Of a DNA stretch of 32,000 nucleotides, positions 18,150 through 26,092 are shown in pieces. Source of the DNA: Desulfotalea psychrophila LSv54. GTDB lineage: Bacteria > Desulfobacterota > Desulfobulbia > Desulfobulbales > Desulfocapsaceae. The translations under genes were made by a program, and so were the position numbers. Each line of letters opens with the position of its first letter. The first letter of the stretch is position 1. Location of the stretch: the NCBI RefSeq assembly GCF_000025945.1, contig NC_006138.1, forward strand, positions 480,001 to 512,000. The letters run 5' to 3'. The notes beneath the pieces are model-generated. The model searched no databases. It was not told the origin of the DNA and saw nothing but the letters and a program-made list of their open reading frames with translations.

Positions 18150-19536
18150 GACGCTAACGAATCACAAATCTGCCCGGGCACTTGTCGTTGATGATGAGAC
18201 TACAATAGCAGATTTTATCGATGATACCCTCACGGCCCAAGGCTATCAGGTGCAATCCTTCTCCGATTCAAAGGCGGCATATGGTATTGCCAGTGCACAG
18301 GATTTTGATATTGCCCTGGTGGATATCAGTATGCCGGGAATAAGCGGGGCACAGCTCTCAAAAAAAATACGAGAACGATCTCCCCAAACAGAAATTATTA
18401 TCATTACAGGCGTTCCAGACCAGGAAAATCTTGAACCATTTCTTAAAATGGGCCTTACCCAATTCCTCTTCAAACCCTTTAATCGGTCACAGCTAGCCTA
18501 CTCAGTCTATGCGGCAATGCACTTCAAGAGGCTCCGAGGTAAATATCTGACCATAGCAGCAGAGACACAGGGAAGTAGCCTCACGGGAATGTCTCGCTCT
18601 ATACGAAACATTCGTCAGGAAATACTCTCGGTGAGCAGAATCAATCTTTCGGTGCTTATCATGGGCGAATCCGGTACGGGAAAAGAGGTTATTGCCCACG
18701 ATGTGCACAAGAACAGCGAGCGCAGCAAAAAACCATTTGTCCCCATTAACTGTGCAACTCTTGGTAGCCTGGCTGAATCTGAGCTCTTTGGACACGAACG
18801 GGGAGCTTTCACCGGCGCGACAAAAACAACCAATGGCTATATAGGTGCCGCCAATGGAGGAACTCTTTTTTTTGATGAGATAGGTGAGCTTGCCCCTGAA
18901 ATCCAGGCAAAGCTTCTCCGTTTTCTCGACGACGGAGAATATAGAAGGGTTGGTAGTTCAGAGATCAGGCATGCCGATACCGGTATTATTGCCGCAACCA
19001 ACAGAGACCTTAAAAATGTGCTGCGAGGGGAGCTTCCGCCAGACCTCTTCTTCCGCCTCTCCGGTTCCGTTATCCAGGTATCACCACTTCGAGAACGTAA
19101 AGCCGATATTTTACCACTTACCCGCCATTTTCTGACCCTCTTTGGCAATGCCAAAAACACCTTCTATGATCTTTCAGCGGAGGCATGCGCCCTTCTCATT
19201 GAAGAGGAGTGGCCAGGCAATACCAGGCAACTCAAGCAGGTACTCTACAAAATCTCCCAGACCTCAACCAACCCCCAATTATCCCTTGCCGATGTACAAA
19301 AAGCCCTGGGAAGAGACAGCAAGAAGCAGGAAATACGTACCTACAAAGAGGCAAAGCATGATTTTTTACTGGAGTTTAACAGAGGATATTTTATTACCCT
19401 CCTCTCTATAACTCGTGGAAGCCTGCAACAGGCCCTGCAGATAAGCGGCATGCATAAAAAGAATTTTTATACAAAAATAAAGCAACTTGGTGTTACGGTA
19501 AAAGATTTCTCCCCAAACAGGCAACAGAAAAGCTAA
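18139..19536 (+). CDS. NtrC-family sigma-54-dependent response regulator (REC + AAA+ + HTH)
   Basis: ATG 18139 overlaps the kinase stop by 11 nt. REC motifs VVDDE and LVDISMPG. AAA+ motifs GESGTGKE, ELFGHERGAFTGA and WPGNTRQL. C-terminal HTH. Confidence 0.9.
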   Translation: MPNKTLTNHKSARALVVDDETTIADFIDDTLTAQGYQVQSFSDSKAAYGIASAQDFDIALVDISMPGISGAQLSKKIRERSPQTEIIIITGVPDQENLEPFLKMGLTQFLFKPFNRSQLAYSVYAAMHFKRLRGKYLTIAAETQGSSLTGMSRSIRNIRQEILSVSRINLSVLIMGESGTGKEVIAHDVHKNSERSKKPFVPINCATLGSLAESELFGHERGAFTGATKTTNGYIGAANGGTLFFDEIGELAPEIQAKLLRFLDDGEYRRVGSSEIRHADTGIIAATNRDLKNVLRGELPPDLFFRLSGSVIQVSPLRERKADILPLTRHFLTLFGNAKNTFYDLSAEACALLIEEEWPGNTRQLKQVLYKISQTSTNPQLSLADVQKALGRDSKKQEIRTYKEAKHDFLLEFNRGYFITLLSITRGSLQQALQISGMHKKNFYTKIKQLGVTVKDFSPNRQQKS

Positions 19537-19670
19537 GCCAAGGTCTCCGAGCAGAGGGAAGATCACCTTTTTTGTGACAATAATCTCCCATGGGTTAAAA
19601 TAGTTATTCTTCCCCATGGCAGCTTTCCCGGATGCCATCGGCAAAACGACTCAACCAACAGGAGACATCC

Positions 19671-19859
19671 ATGAGTAATCCATTAGTTTCAGCTGAGGCA
19701 AGAGTGAAAAAGGCCCTTATTCTCCTCAGCGAACTTATCGAAAAGCAGCCAACAAGTCCGGTAAATAAGCTTCTGCAGAGGGTGGCGTTTGAATGTGATC
19801 TTACCCCCAAAGAGAGTGTCTCCCTCCAGCACCACTTTAATAAAAAAGAGAAGGGGTGA
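19671..19859 (+). CDS. small hypothetical protein (62 aa)
   Basis: ATG at 19671 is preceded by GGAGA with 5-nt spacing. No recognisable family. Confidence 0.4.
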   Translation: MSNPLVSAEARVKKALILLSELIEKQPTSPVNKLLQRVAFECDLTPKESVSLQHHFNKKEKG

Positions 19860-19873
19860 CTTTTTAAATTAGT

Positions 19874-19898
19874 CCTTTTCACTAAAAGGCCATTTTTT
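19874..19898 (+). terminator. weak AT-rich hairpin plus T-run
   Basis: CCTTTT-cact-AAAAGG followed by CCATTTTTT. Confidence 0.3.
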
Positions 19899-19935
19899 CA
19901 AGATTGTCCGGTAACAACAGAGAGAGGATTATACG

Positions 19936-20628
19936 ATGGACGCCTACCAACAACTCATAACCACCATTGCCCTGACCATGGGGGTCGCCTGGGCAAGTGG
20001 AATTAATCTCTATGCAACCATTGCCATGCTGGGAATTCTCGGTTCAACGGGCAATATCGATCTGCCGACTCAACTGCTGGTAGTGCAGGATCCACTGGTC
20101 ATTGGCTCCGCCGCCATCATGTACTGTGTAGAATTTTTTGCAGATAAAACTCCAGGTCTTGATACAGGCTGGGATGCTATCCACTCCTTTATCAGAATTC
20201 CGGCAGGGGTGATGCTGGCAGCAGGCGCAGTTGGCGATGTCAGCACCCCGCTGGTAGTAGCCTCGGGAATTTTAGGCGGAACGATAAGCGGGGTCAGCCA
20301 TAGCATAAAGGCAGGCAGCCGAGTACTGATCAATACCTCACCGGAGCCCTTCAGCAACTGGACGGCATCGGTATTGGAAGATGTAGCGGTAATCGCCGGT
20401 ATATGGACAGCTATAAACTACCCACTCCTCTTTATCGGCCTCTTTATTCTCTTCATCATCCTCGCCATCTGGCTCCTCCCTAAGATCATGCGGGGAATTA
20501 TCATCCTCCTGAAAAAAATCAGAGGATTTTTTGGAGCAACGCCAGAGCCAACCTCTCAGTATAAGCAGCCAGCCAGGGCAAATCCGCCAAAAAAGATAAA
20601 AAGAATTGGCCCTCCCGACAGAAAATGA
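19936..20628 (+). CDS. DUF4126-family integral membrane protein
   Basis: 230 aa with several TM segments. The N-terminal pattern GxxWASGINLYATIAMLGILG ... EFFADKTPGLD is characteristic of DUF4126 as I recall it. Confidence 0.65.
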   Translation: MDAYQQLITTIALTMGVAWASGINLYATIAMLGILGSTGNIDLPTQLLVVQDPLVIGSAAIMYCVEFFADKTPGLDTGWDAIHSFIRIPAGVMLAAGAVGDVSTPLVVASGILGGTISGVSHSIKAGSRVLINTSPEPFSNWTASVLEDVAVIAGIWTAINYPLLFIGLFILFIILAIWLLPKIMRGIIILLKKIRGFFGATPEPTSQYKQPARANPPKKIKRIGPPDRK

Positions 20629-20763
20629 TACACCTCAGGCCCTAAAAAAAACAGGGGCCCTGCGCCTTTAAAATTGCCAGACCATAATTTATTATCGGAA
20701 CCGACGCTGACAAAAAATTGATTCGACGAAGCATCTCTGCCCCGGGAGCAGGCACATAGGCTT

Positions 20764-21034
20764 GCAAAGGCTGACATAGAGATAAAATGCTCCTTACAGG
20801 TCTATGCAAACGCTCTCTCAGCAATAAAGTAGCCTTTGCGGATTCATGCAAGGGCTGTCTGCTCAATAAAATGGCCTTTGCGGGTTCATGCAAGGGCTGT
20901 CGGAGCAATAAAATGGTCTTTGCGGGTCTCCGCAAGGGCTCTCCGCTTAATAAAGTAGCCTTTGCTGGTTCACGCAAGGTCGTTTTATTAGCTTTGCGGA
21001 TCTTTGCAAGGTCGTTTTATTAGTTTAGGACTTT
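20764..21034. repeat. tandem array of five 42-bp units plus two shortened units (32 and 29 bp), each unit junction forming a hairpin
   Basis: Units start at 20764, 20806, 20848, 20890, 20932, 20974 and 21006. The core reads GCAAGGGCTGTCNGCTCAATAAAATGGCCTTTGCGGGTTCAT. At each junction GCCTTTGC-N8-GCAAGGGC forms an 8-bp inverted repeat. Confidence 0.9.
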
Positions 21035-21128
21035 GCGAGCTTCTTACTCTTCCAGATTTTCTGGAAAATCATAAGCTGCAGCAAAACAAAGTTCCTTCTG
21101 AATCTAATCAAGTAGCAGCTTCGGCAGC

Positions 21129-21701
21129 TCAACTCTGCTCACATCGTCTACGGCCTGATGAGACCAGGGGCGGGGCATGCTGGAATGAATCTGGCACATG
21201 GCTGATAAGAGTAGCCTTCAGGGCATCAATCCCCCTACCCTGCCGAGCGCTTACCGCCTGACAGGCAATTCCGTAAAGCCGGCAAAATTGTTCTATCTCC
21301 TGCGAGACAGGGTGAAGATCTATCTTGTTCTGAACAAGAATAAGGGGAACCTTTTGCCGCAGCAGCAGTTCAAGCTCCTGCATATCCCCTGTCGTAAGTC
21401 GTCCGCCTGCCACCACAAAGATAATCATATCGGAACGACTAACTATTTTTTTGCTTGCCTGGACCCGGAGAAGACCTAGCTCACCGCTATCGTCGGTGCC
21501 GACGGTATCGTAAAAGGTAACGGGCCCAAGGGGGAGCAACTCATAGTGCTTTAAAACAGGATCCGTCGTTGCTCCCTCCTGAGACGAAACGCTGGAGACC
21601 TGACCACAGAGGGCATTAAGCAGCAGAGATTTCCCCACATTGCGACGACCTAAAAGAGTAATAACAAGGCGCGAGGATCGTGCTGTTTGCCTATTGCTCA
21701 T
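21129..21701 (-). CDS. hydF: HydF-like [FeFe]-hydrogenase maturation GTPase truncated to the G domain (possible gene remnant)
   Basis: 190 aa from ATG 21701, preceded by AGGAGG. GRRNVGKS, TTDPV, DTVG and NKID align with the HydF G domain. The ORF stops where HydF normally continues for about 200 aa, covering the dimerisation and FeS (CxH...HCxxC) domains. Confidence 0.7.
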   Translation of the reverse strand: MSNRQTARSSRLVITLLGRRNVGKSLLLNALCGQVSSVSSQEGATTDPVLKHYELLPLGPVTFYDTVGTDDSGELGLLRVQASKKIVSRSDMIIFVVAGGRLTTGDMQELELLLRQKVPLILVQNKIDLHPVSQEIEQFCRLYGIACQAVSARQGRGIDALKATLISHVPDSFQHAPPLVSSGRRRCEQS

Positions 21702-21741
21702 AGAGCCTCCTTCTGGATCTAAGACCATTATTTACCACCTT

Positions 21742-22686
21742 CTATACAACAGACGCCACTGAGATAGGCAAAGGGGGCCTCACCTTGGCGGGGTAAATTT
21801 GATAATTCCTGCCCACTCCCGGCAAGGGCATTGCCTCCATGATCACGTTACAACCATGGTCAAGGGCCTTTTCACGCTGACAGTCCACAACCTTTGGCCC
21901 AAGAAGAGAGGCAAGAGCGCTTGTGGCTGAAATATGGGCACGGGGATTACAGAGACGCAGGAGGGCAAGACAGCGATGGCTAAGATCGAGACTACCGGCA
22001 GCCATCTTCCCCAGGGGCGTTTGCGGATGAGGGACAAAGGGGCCTGCCGTAATCATATGCAACTCTAATTTTGAGAGAAACATGATATCAGCGGCTAAGA
22101 GGGCAAGGGGATCTTGATCTGGAGAGGGCAGACCGACAATACAGCCAGAGCCCGTTTCATAGCCAAGAGCCTGCAGATGCCGTAAACTTTGCAGACGACT
22201 GGCAAAGGAACAACCGGGGCGATAGCGGTTATGAAGCTGCCAATTTGTACTTTCAAGCTTAAGCAGATAACGATCTGCCCCCGCGCCCTTCCACAGGGCC
22301 AGGGTCTGACGGTCCTGCTCGCCGAGACAAAGGGTTATGGCAACCGAACTGGCAGCACGTATCTCGGCAATAAGCTCGGCAATATCTTCTGCCGAAAAGA
22401 AGCTATCCTCACCAGCCTGAAGGACCAGAGTCTCAAACCCCATCTCCACAGCATCACGGGCACAGGCGACGATCTCCTCTCTGCTCATTCGGTAACGCCT
22501 ACCCGCATTGGCTCTGCGCAAGCCACAGTAGTGACAGTTACGCCGACAGTAGCTCGACAACTCAACAATGGCAAACAGATGAACAGAGCGACCAAAGCGA
22601 GCCACTGTCTGCTTCTTCGCCTCGGCAAAGAGCCAGCCATCGTGATGACCGGCAAGGAACTCCTCTATTTCTTTAAAGTTAAACAT
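21742..22686 (-). CDS. hydE: [FeFe]-hydrogenase maturase HydE (radical SAM)
   Basis: CRRNCHYCGLR radical-SAM motif. LVLQAGED, ITLCLGE, GADRYLLKLES and GCIVGLP match the HydE/BioB-like pattern. Sits between hydG and hydF. Confidence 0.85.
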   Translation of the reverse strand: MFNFKEIEEFLAGHHDGWLFAEAKKQTVARFGRSVHLFAIVELSSYCRRNCHYCGLRRANAGRRYRMSREEIVACARDAVEMGFETLVLQAGEDSFFSAEDIAELIAEIRAASSVAITLCLGEQDRQTLALWKGAGADRYLLKLESTNWQLHNRYRPGCSFASRLQSLRHLQALGYETGSGCIVGLPSPDQDPLALLAADIMFLSKLELHMITAGPFVPHPQTPLGKMAAGSLDLSHRCLALLRLCNPRAHISATSALASLLGPKVVDCQREKALDHGCNVIMEAMPLPGVGRNYQIYPAKVRPPLPISVASVV

Positions 22687-22688
22687 AA

Positions 22689-24098
22689 TTAAATATACAG
22701 ATCCCTCTCACCTGCCTCCATACGAGCAAGCTGAGCCATGAGCTGTTTCTTCACCGCCGGAGTAGAACTCTCCAGCTCATGGGCAATCTGCCTCATACCT
22801 GCCGCAAGGGTTGCAGGAGAAGCATAATCCTGTAGGTACTCATTAAAGGTCATGACCGAATTGGGATGACAAAATTTCTGGATAAACCCATCCTTGGCCA
22901 GGCTCATAAAATATTCACCGGTGCGTCCCGTCCGATAGCAGGCAGTACACCATGAGGGCATAAAGCCATGCTGTACCAGATCCAAAACAACATCGTCGAG
23001 GCTACGATGGTCCCCCACAGAGAACTGTTGACTGGTGGGCTGATCAGAGACGGGATTACTATAAGCCCCCGGATAGGTACGAGAAGCCGCACTAATCTGT
23101 GAAATACCAAGCTGAAGAAGCTCGGTGCGCATGGCAGCACTCTCCCGGGTACTCATTATCATACCGGTATAAGGCACTGCCAGACGCGTTATGGCAACGA
23201 TCTTCTTAAAGGTATAATCAGAGATTGCATAGGGTGGAGCCAGAGAAATATCGGAGCCAAGCGCTGGTTCCAGACGAGGAAAAGAGATGGTATGCGGACC
23301 GGCCCCCCAACGCCTCTCCAGCTCTTCTGCATGCTTTAGCATAGAGAGCAGTTCAAAACGATGATCATAGAGGCCAAAGAGGACACCAATACCGACATCA
23401 TCAATACCAGCCTCTTGGGCACGATCCATGGCCTGCAATCGCCACAGATAATTAGTTTTATTACCGGCAAGGTGCATCTTTTCATAGGTCGGCTGATGAT
23501 AGGTCTCCTGAAAACATTGATAGGTACCAATCTTTGCCTGGTGAAGAAGTTTAAAACCTGCCACATCCAGGGGGGCACAGTTAATGTTGACCCGACGAAT
23601 AGAACCACTCTTATCAGAGAGGGTCTCATAAACGGTGCCGACACTCTCTGCTATAAAAGTTGCATCAAGCTTGGGATGTTCTCCATAAACCAGAAGCAGT
23701 CGTTTTTGCCCACTATTTTCCAGGACACGCACATCACTGGCTATCTCTTCAGGGCTCAGGGTTTTACGAACAAGCTCCTTATTGGTGGCGTTAAAGCCGC
23801 AGTAGCGACACTGATTAACACATTCATTGGAGATATAGAGCGGAGCAAAGAGAACAATACGGTTGCCGTAGGTTGCCTGTTTTACCTGCTTGGCTGTCGC
23901 AAAAATTTCTGCATCAAGCTCGGCATTGTCATTTTCTAGAAGAATGGCAACATCCAGCAGGGAAAGCCCCTTCTTCTCCCCTGCCTTGGCCAGAATTTCT
24001 CGAACAAGGGAGGGCGCAGGCTGCTGGGCCTTATCAATAATACTCCACACCTGCTCTGCATCTATAAAATTATCTGTGGTATCCGGTTGTATTAGCAT
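22689..24098 (-). CDS. hydG: [FeFe]-hydrogenase maturase HydG (radical SAM tyrosine lyase)
   Basis: 469 aa from ATG 24098 (RBS AGGAA). CVNQCRYCGF motif and C-terminal cluster motif CTACYRTGRTGEYFM. The start lies 29 nt inside the 3' end of the upstream regulator gene. Confidence 0.9.
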   Translation of the reverse strand: MLIQPDTTDNFIDAEQVWSIIDKAQQPAPSLVREILAKAGEKKGLSLLDVAILLENDNAELDAEIFATAKQVKQATYGNRIVLFAPLYISNECVNQCRYCGFNATNKELVRKTLSPEEIASDVRVLENSGQKRLLLVYGEHPKLDATFIAESVGTVYETLSDKSGSIRRVNINCAPLDVAGFKLLHQAKIGTYQCFQETYHQPTYEKMHLAGNKTNYLWRLQAMDRAQEAGIDDVGIGVLFGLYDHRFELLSMLKHAEELERRWGAGPHTISFPRLEPALGSDISLAPPYAISDYTFKKIVAITRLAVPYTGMIMSTRESAAMRTELLQLGISQISAASRTYPGAYSNPVSDQPTSQQFSVGDHRSLDDVVLDLVQHGFMPSWCTACYRTGRTGEYFMSLAKDGFIQKFCHPNSVMTFNEYLQDYASPATLAAGMRQIAHELESSTPAVKKQLMAQLARMEAGERDLYI

Positions 24099-25503
24099 GA
24101 TCTGTTCCTGGCGCCTGCATGGATGATGCCAGGCGGTTATAGAGAGTACGAATAGAGATGCCCAGAGTATGGGCAGCCTGTGTTTTATTGCCGCCACACT
24201 GCTTAATGGCAGACTCCACCTCTTCCTTGCTCACTCTTTTTTTTCTTAAAAGCGGCGCATGAACTGGCGGGGAAGGTGGTCGAAGATTCTCTTGACCATC
24301 TCCAAGGACGGTGAGACGATGAGCTATATGTTCCGGCAGGAGAAGGGGGGCATCAAACATAAAAGTTGCCCACTCCATAAGATTTTTTAATTCACGCACA
24401 TTTCCCGGCCAGGGGTGCTGGAGGAGAAGTTGACAGGCAGCTTCACTTATATTGTGAAACTTCTTATGCCGTTTTTGTGAAGATTGGCGCAGGAGCATCC
24501 GAGCCAGGGGCAGTATATCTTCCCGCCGTTCCCGCAGGGCCGGGATGTATATATGTCCCACCTTAAGACGATAGTAGAGATCCTTACGAAAAGAGCCGTC
24601 GGCTACATGACTGTCAAAGTCAATATTAGTGGCGGCAATAACTCGAATATCGGTGGGAATATGACGCAGACCGCCAACACGATAAAAAGTTTTCTCTTCG
24701 AGGACCCGGAGGAGTTTTGCCTGCAACTCGGTGGGAATCTCTGCAATCTCATCAAGAAAGAGGGTTCCACCATGAGCACAGTCCAACTTACCCTGCTTAC
24801 CACGACTAACAGCACCGGTAAAAGCTCCGGAATCATAGCCAAAAAGCTCACTTTCAAAGAGAGAGGGAGATATTGCCGTACAGTTGATATCAACAAATGG
24901 TAGCAGTGATTTACTCCGGCCAAAATGAATGATTTTAGCAATGATCTCTTTACCCACCCCCGTTTCACCTTCAATCAGGACCGGGATGGAGCGATCGGTA
25001 TGATACATCTCCGCATGACGCACTACCTCCTGCATCTGGGCAGAAAAAAAGCCAAGCCCATATTGACCGAGGCCATCTACCACATTAACAGCTCCTTCTC
25101 TTCCCCCTCCGCTCAGACTGGCTGACACATTGGTTTCCCCCTCCTCGGCGGCAAGAATTACCCCCACGGACTGATACTCCACAATGCTTCCATCTGCCCG
25201 AAAGAGCCCCCTGTTGATATACTCAAGGTACTGAATCCTCCCATCCTTGCAGATAAATTTAGGCCGGGTCGTCACCTCCGCATTTTCCGGGGTTATGGAA
25301 AAAATATCGGCAATGATATCCTCCCGCTCATCCTCACTAAGAAAGGTGGCCAGATTACTGCCTATCATCTCATCAACCGTCTTTTCATAAAAATCAGCGC
25401 AAGCAGCGTTAACAAAGGTAATTGTCCCGTCAGCCTGAAAGGCACGAATGAGTTCATTCTTTTCTGGTAGCATCTGATCCGATACAACTTTACTCTGCGG
25501 CAT
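24070..25503 (-). CDS. sigma-54-dependent transcriptional activator (PAS + AAA+ + Fis-type HTH)
   Basis: N-terminal PAS domain (TITFVNAACADFY...). GETGVGKE, ELFGYDSGAFTGA, WPGNVRELKN. HTH GGNKTQAAHTLGISIRTLYNRL. ATG 25503 is preceded by GGGAGA and overlaps the upstream hycB-like gene by 14 nt. ATG 25473 is an alternative start. Confidence 0.88.
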   Translation of the reverse strand: MPQSKVVSDQMLPEKNELIRAFQADGTITFVNAACADFYEKTVDEMIGSNLATFLSEDEREDIIADIFSITPENAEVTTRPKFICKDGRIQYLEYINRGLFRADGSIVEYQSVGVILAAEEGETNVSASLSGGGREGAVNVVDGLGQYGLGFFSAQMQEVVRHAEMYHTDRSIPVLIEGETGVGKEIIAKIIHFGRSKSLLPFVDINCTAISPSLFESELFGYDSGAFTGAVSRGKQGKLDCAHGGTLFLDEIAEIPTELQAKLLRVLEEKTFYRVGGLRHIPTDIRVIAATNIDFDSHVADGSFRKDLYYRLKVGHIYIPALRERREDILPLARMLLRQSSQKRHKKFHNISEAACQLLLQHPWPGNVRELKNLMEWATFMFDAPLLLPEHIAHRLTVLGDGQENLRPPSPPVHAPLLRKKRVSKEEVESAIKQCGGNKTQAAHTLGISIRTLYNRLASSMQAPGTDHANTTGYHR

Positions 25504-26092
25504 AAATAAGGTCTCCCTGAGCAATAGCACAGTGCCCCAACTTGGAGGCGGCTCTCTGCCGTTTTGATGTCACATTCCCACGCAGGCCGGAAGCAGGCAC
25601 CAGACTGAGGGCTTCGGCTGGACAGATGGCAACACAGGCAGGCTGATCATGGCCTGCACAGAGATCACACTTTGAAACGACAAAAAAAGATTTCTGCTGT
25701 GCCTCTTCCCCACCCTCTACTTGCCCTGAATCCTCGGTGAGCAGGAGTTGATTCCTGGTCGTCTCAACAATCTGTATTGCCCCAAAGGGACAGGCGAGGA
25801 GACAACTCTTACACCCTACACAGAGTTCAGCGATAACATCAATATGAGATTCTCTCTGAACTATTGCCCCTACCGGACAGGCGTTTGCACAGGGAGAGTC
25901 TTCACACTGCCGACACTGCACGGGCACCGTCACCTCTGCCACCTTAACCAGGTTGAGGCGGGAAACAAATGGCGTATTCCGAGCAATAAGTTCTCCTGCG
26001 GGCAGATCCTCATGGGCGCGGGCACAGGCAACCATACAGGCCTGGCAACCAATACAGAGACGGGCATCCCCCAAGACAAAGGAGTTCATCAT
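25490..26092 (-). CDS. HycB/HydN-like polyferredoxin with four [4Fe-4S] motifs
   Basis: CIGCQACMVAC, CRQCEDSPCANAC, CVGCKSCLLACP and CDLCAGHDQPACVAICP. 4-nt overlap with the hydA stop. Confidence 0.85.
   Translation of the reverse strand: MMNSFVLGDARLCIGCQACMVACARAHEDLPAGELIARNTPFVSRLNLVKVAEVTVPVQCRQCEDSPCANACPVGAIVQRESHIDVIAELCVGCKSCLLACPFGAIQIVETTRNQLLLTEDSGQVEGGEEAQQKSFFVVSKCDLCAGHDQPACVAICPAEALSLVPASGLRGNVTSKRQRAASKLGHCAIAQGDLIYAAE

Noticed and set aside
19605-19640. TGGCAG...GGATGC sequence upstream of the small ORF as a sigma-54 promoter
   Set aside because: The GG-to-GC spacing is four nucleotides too long for a -24/-12 element.
20642-21023. ORFs 20642..20977 (-) and 20787..21023 (+) encoding 14-aa repeat peptides, and a CRISPR reading of the same region
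   Set aside because: Both are by-products of a 42-bp tandem repeat, since 42 is a multiple of three. The minus-strand ORF begins at a non-ATG (TTG) codon; the plus-strand ORF does begin at ATG 20787, but I saw no convincing RBS for either. They sit in a convergent intergenic gap. The units are contiguous with no unique spacers and there are no cas genes, so this is not CRISPR.
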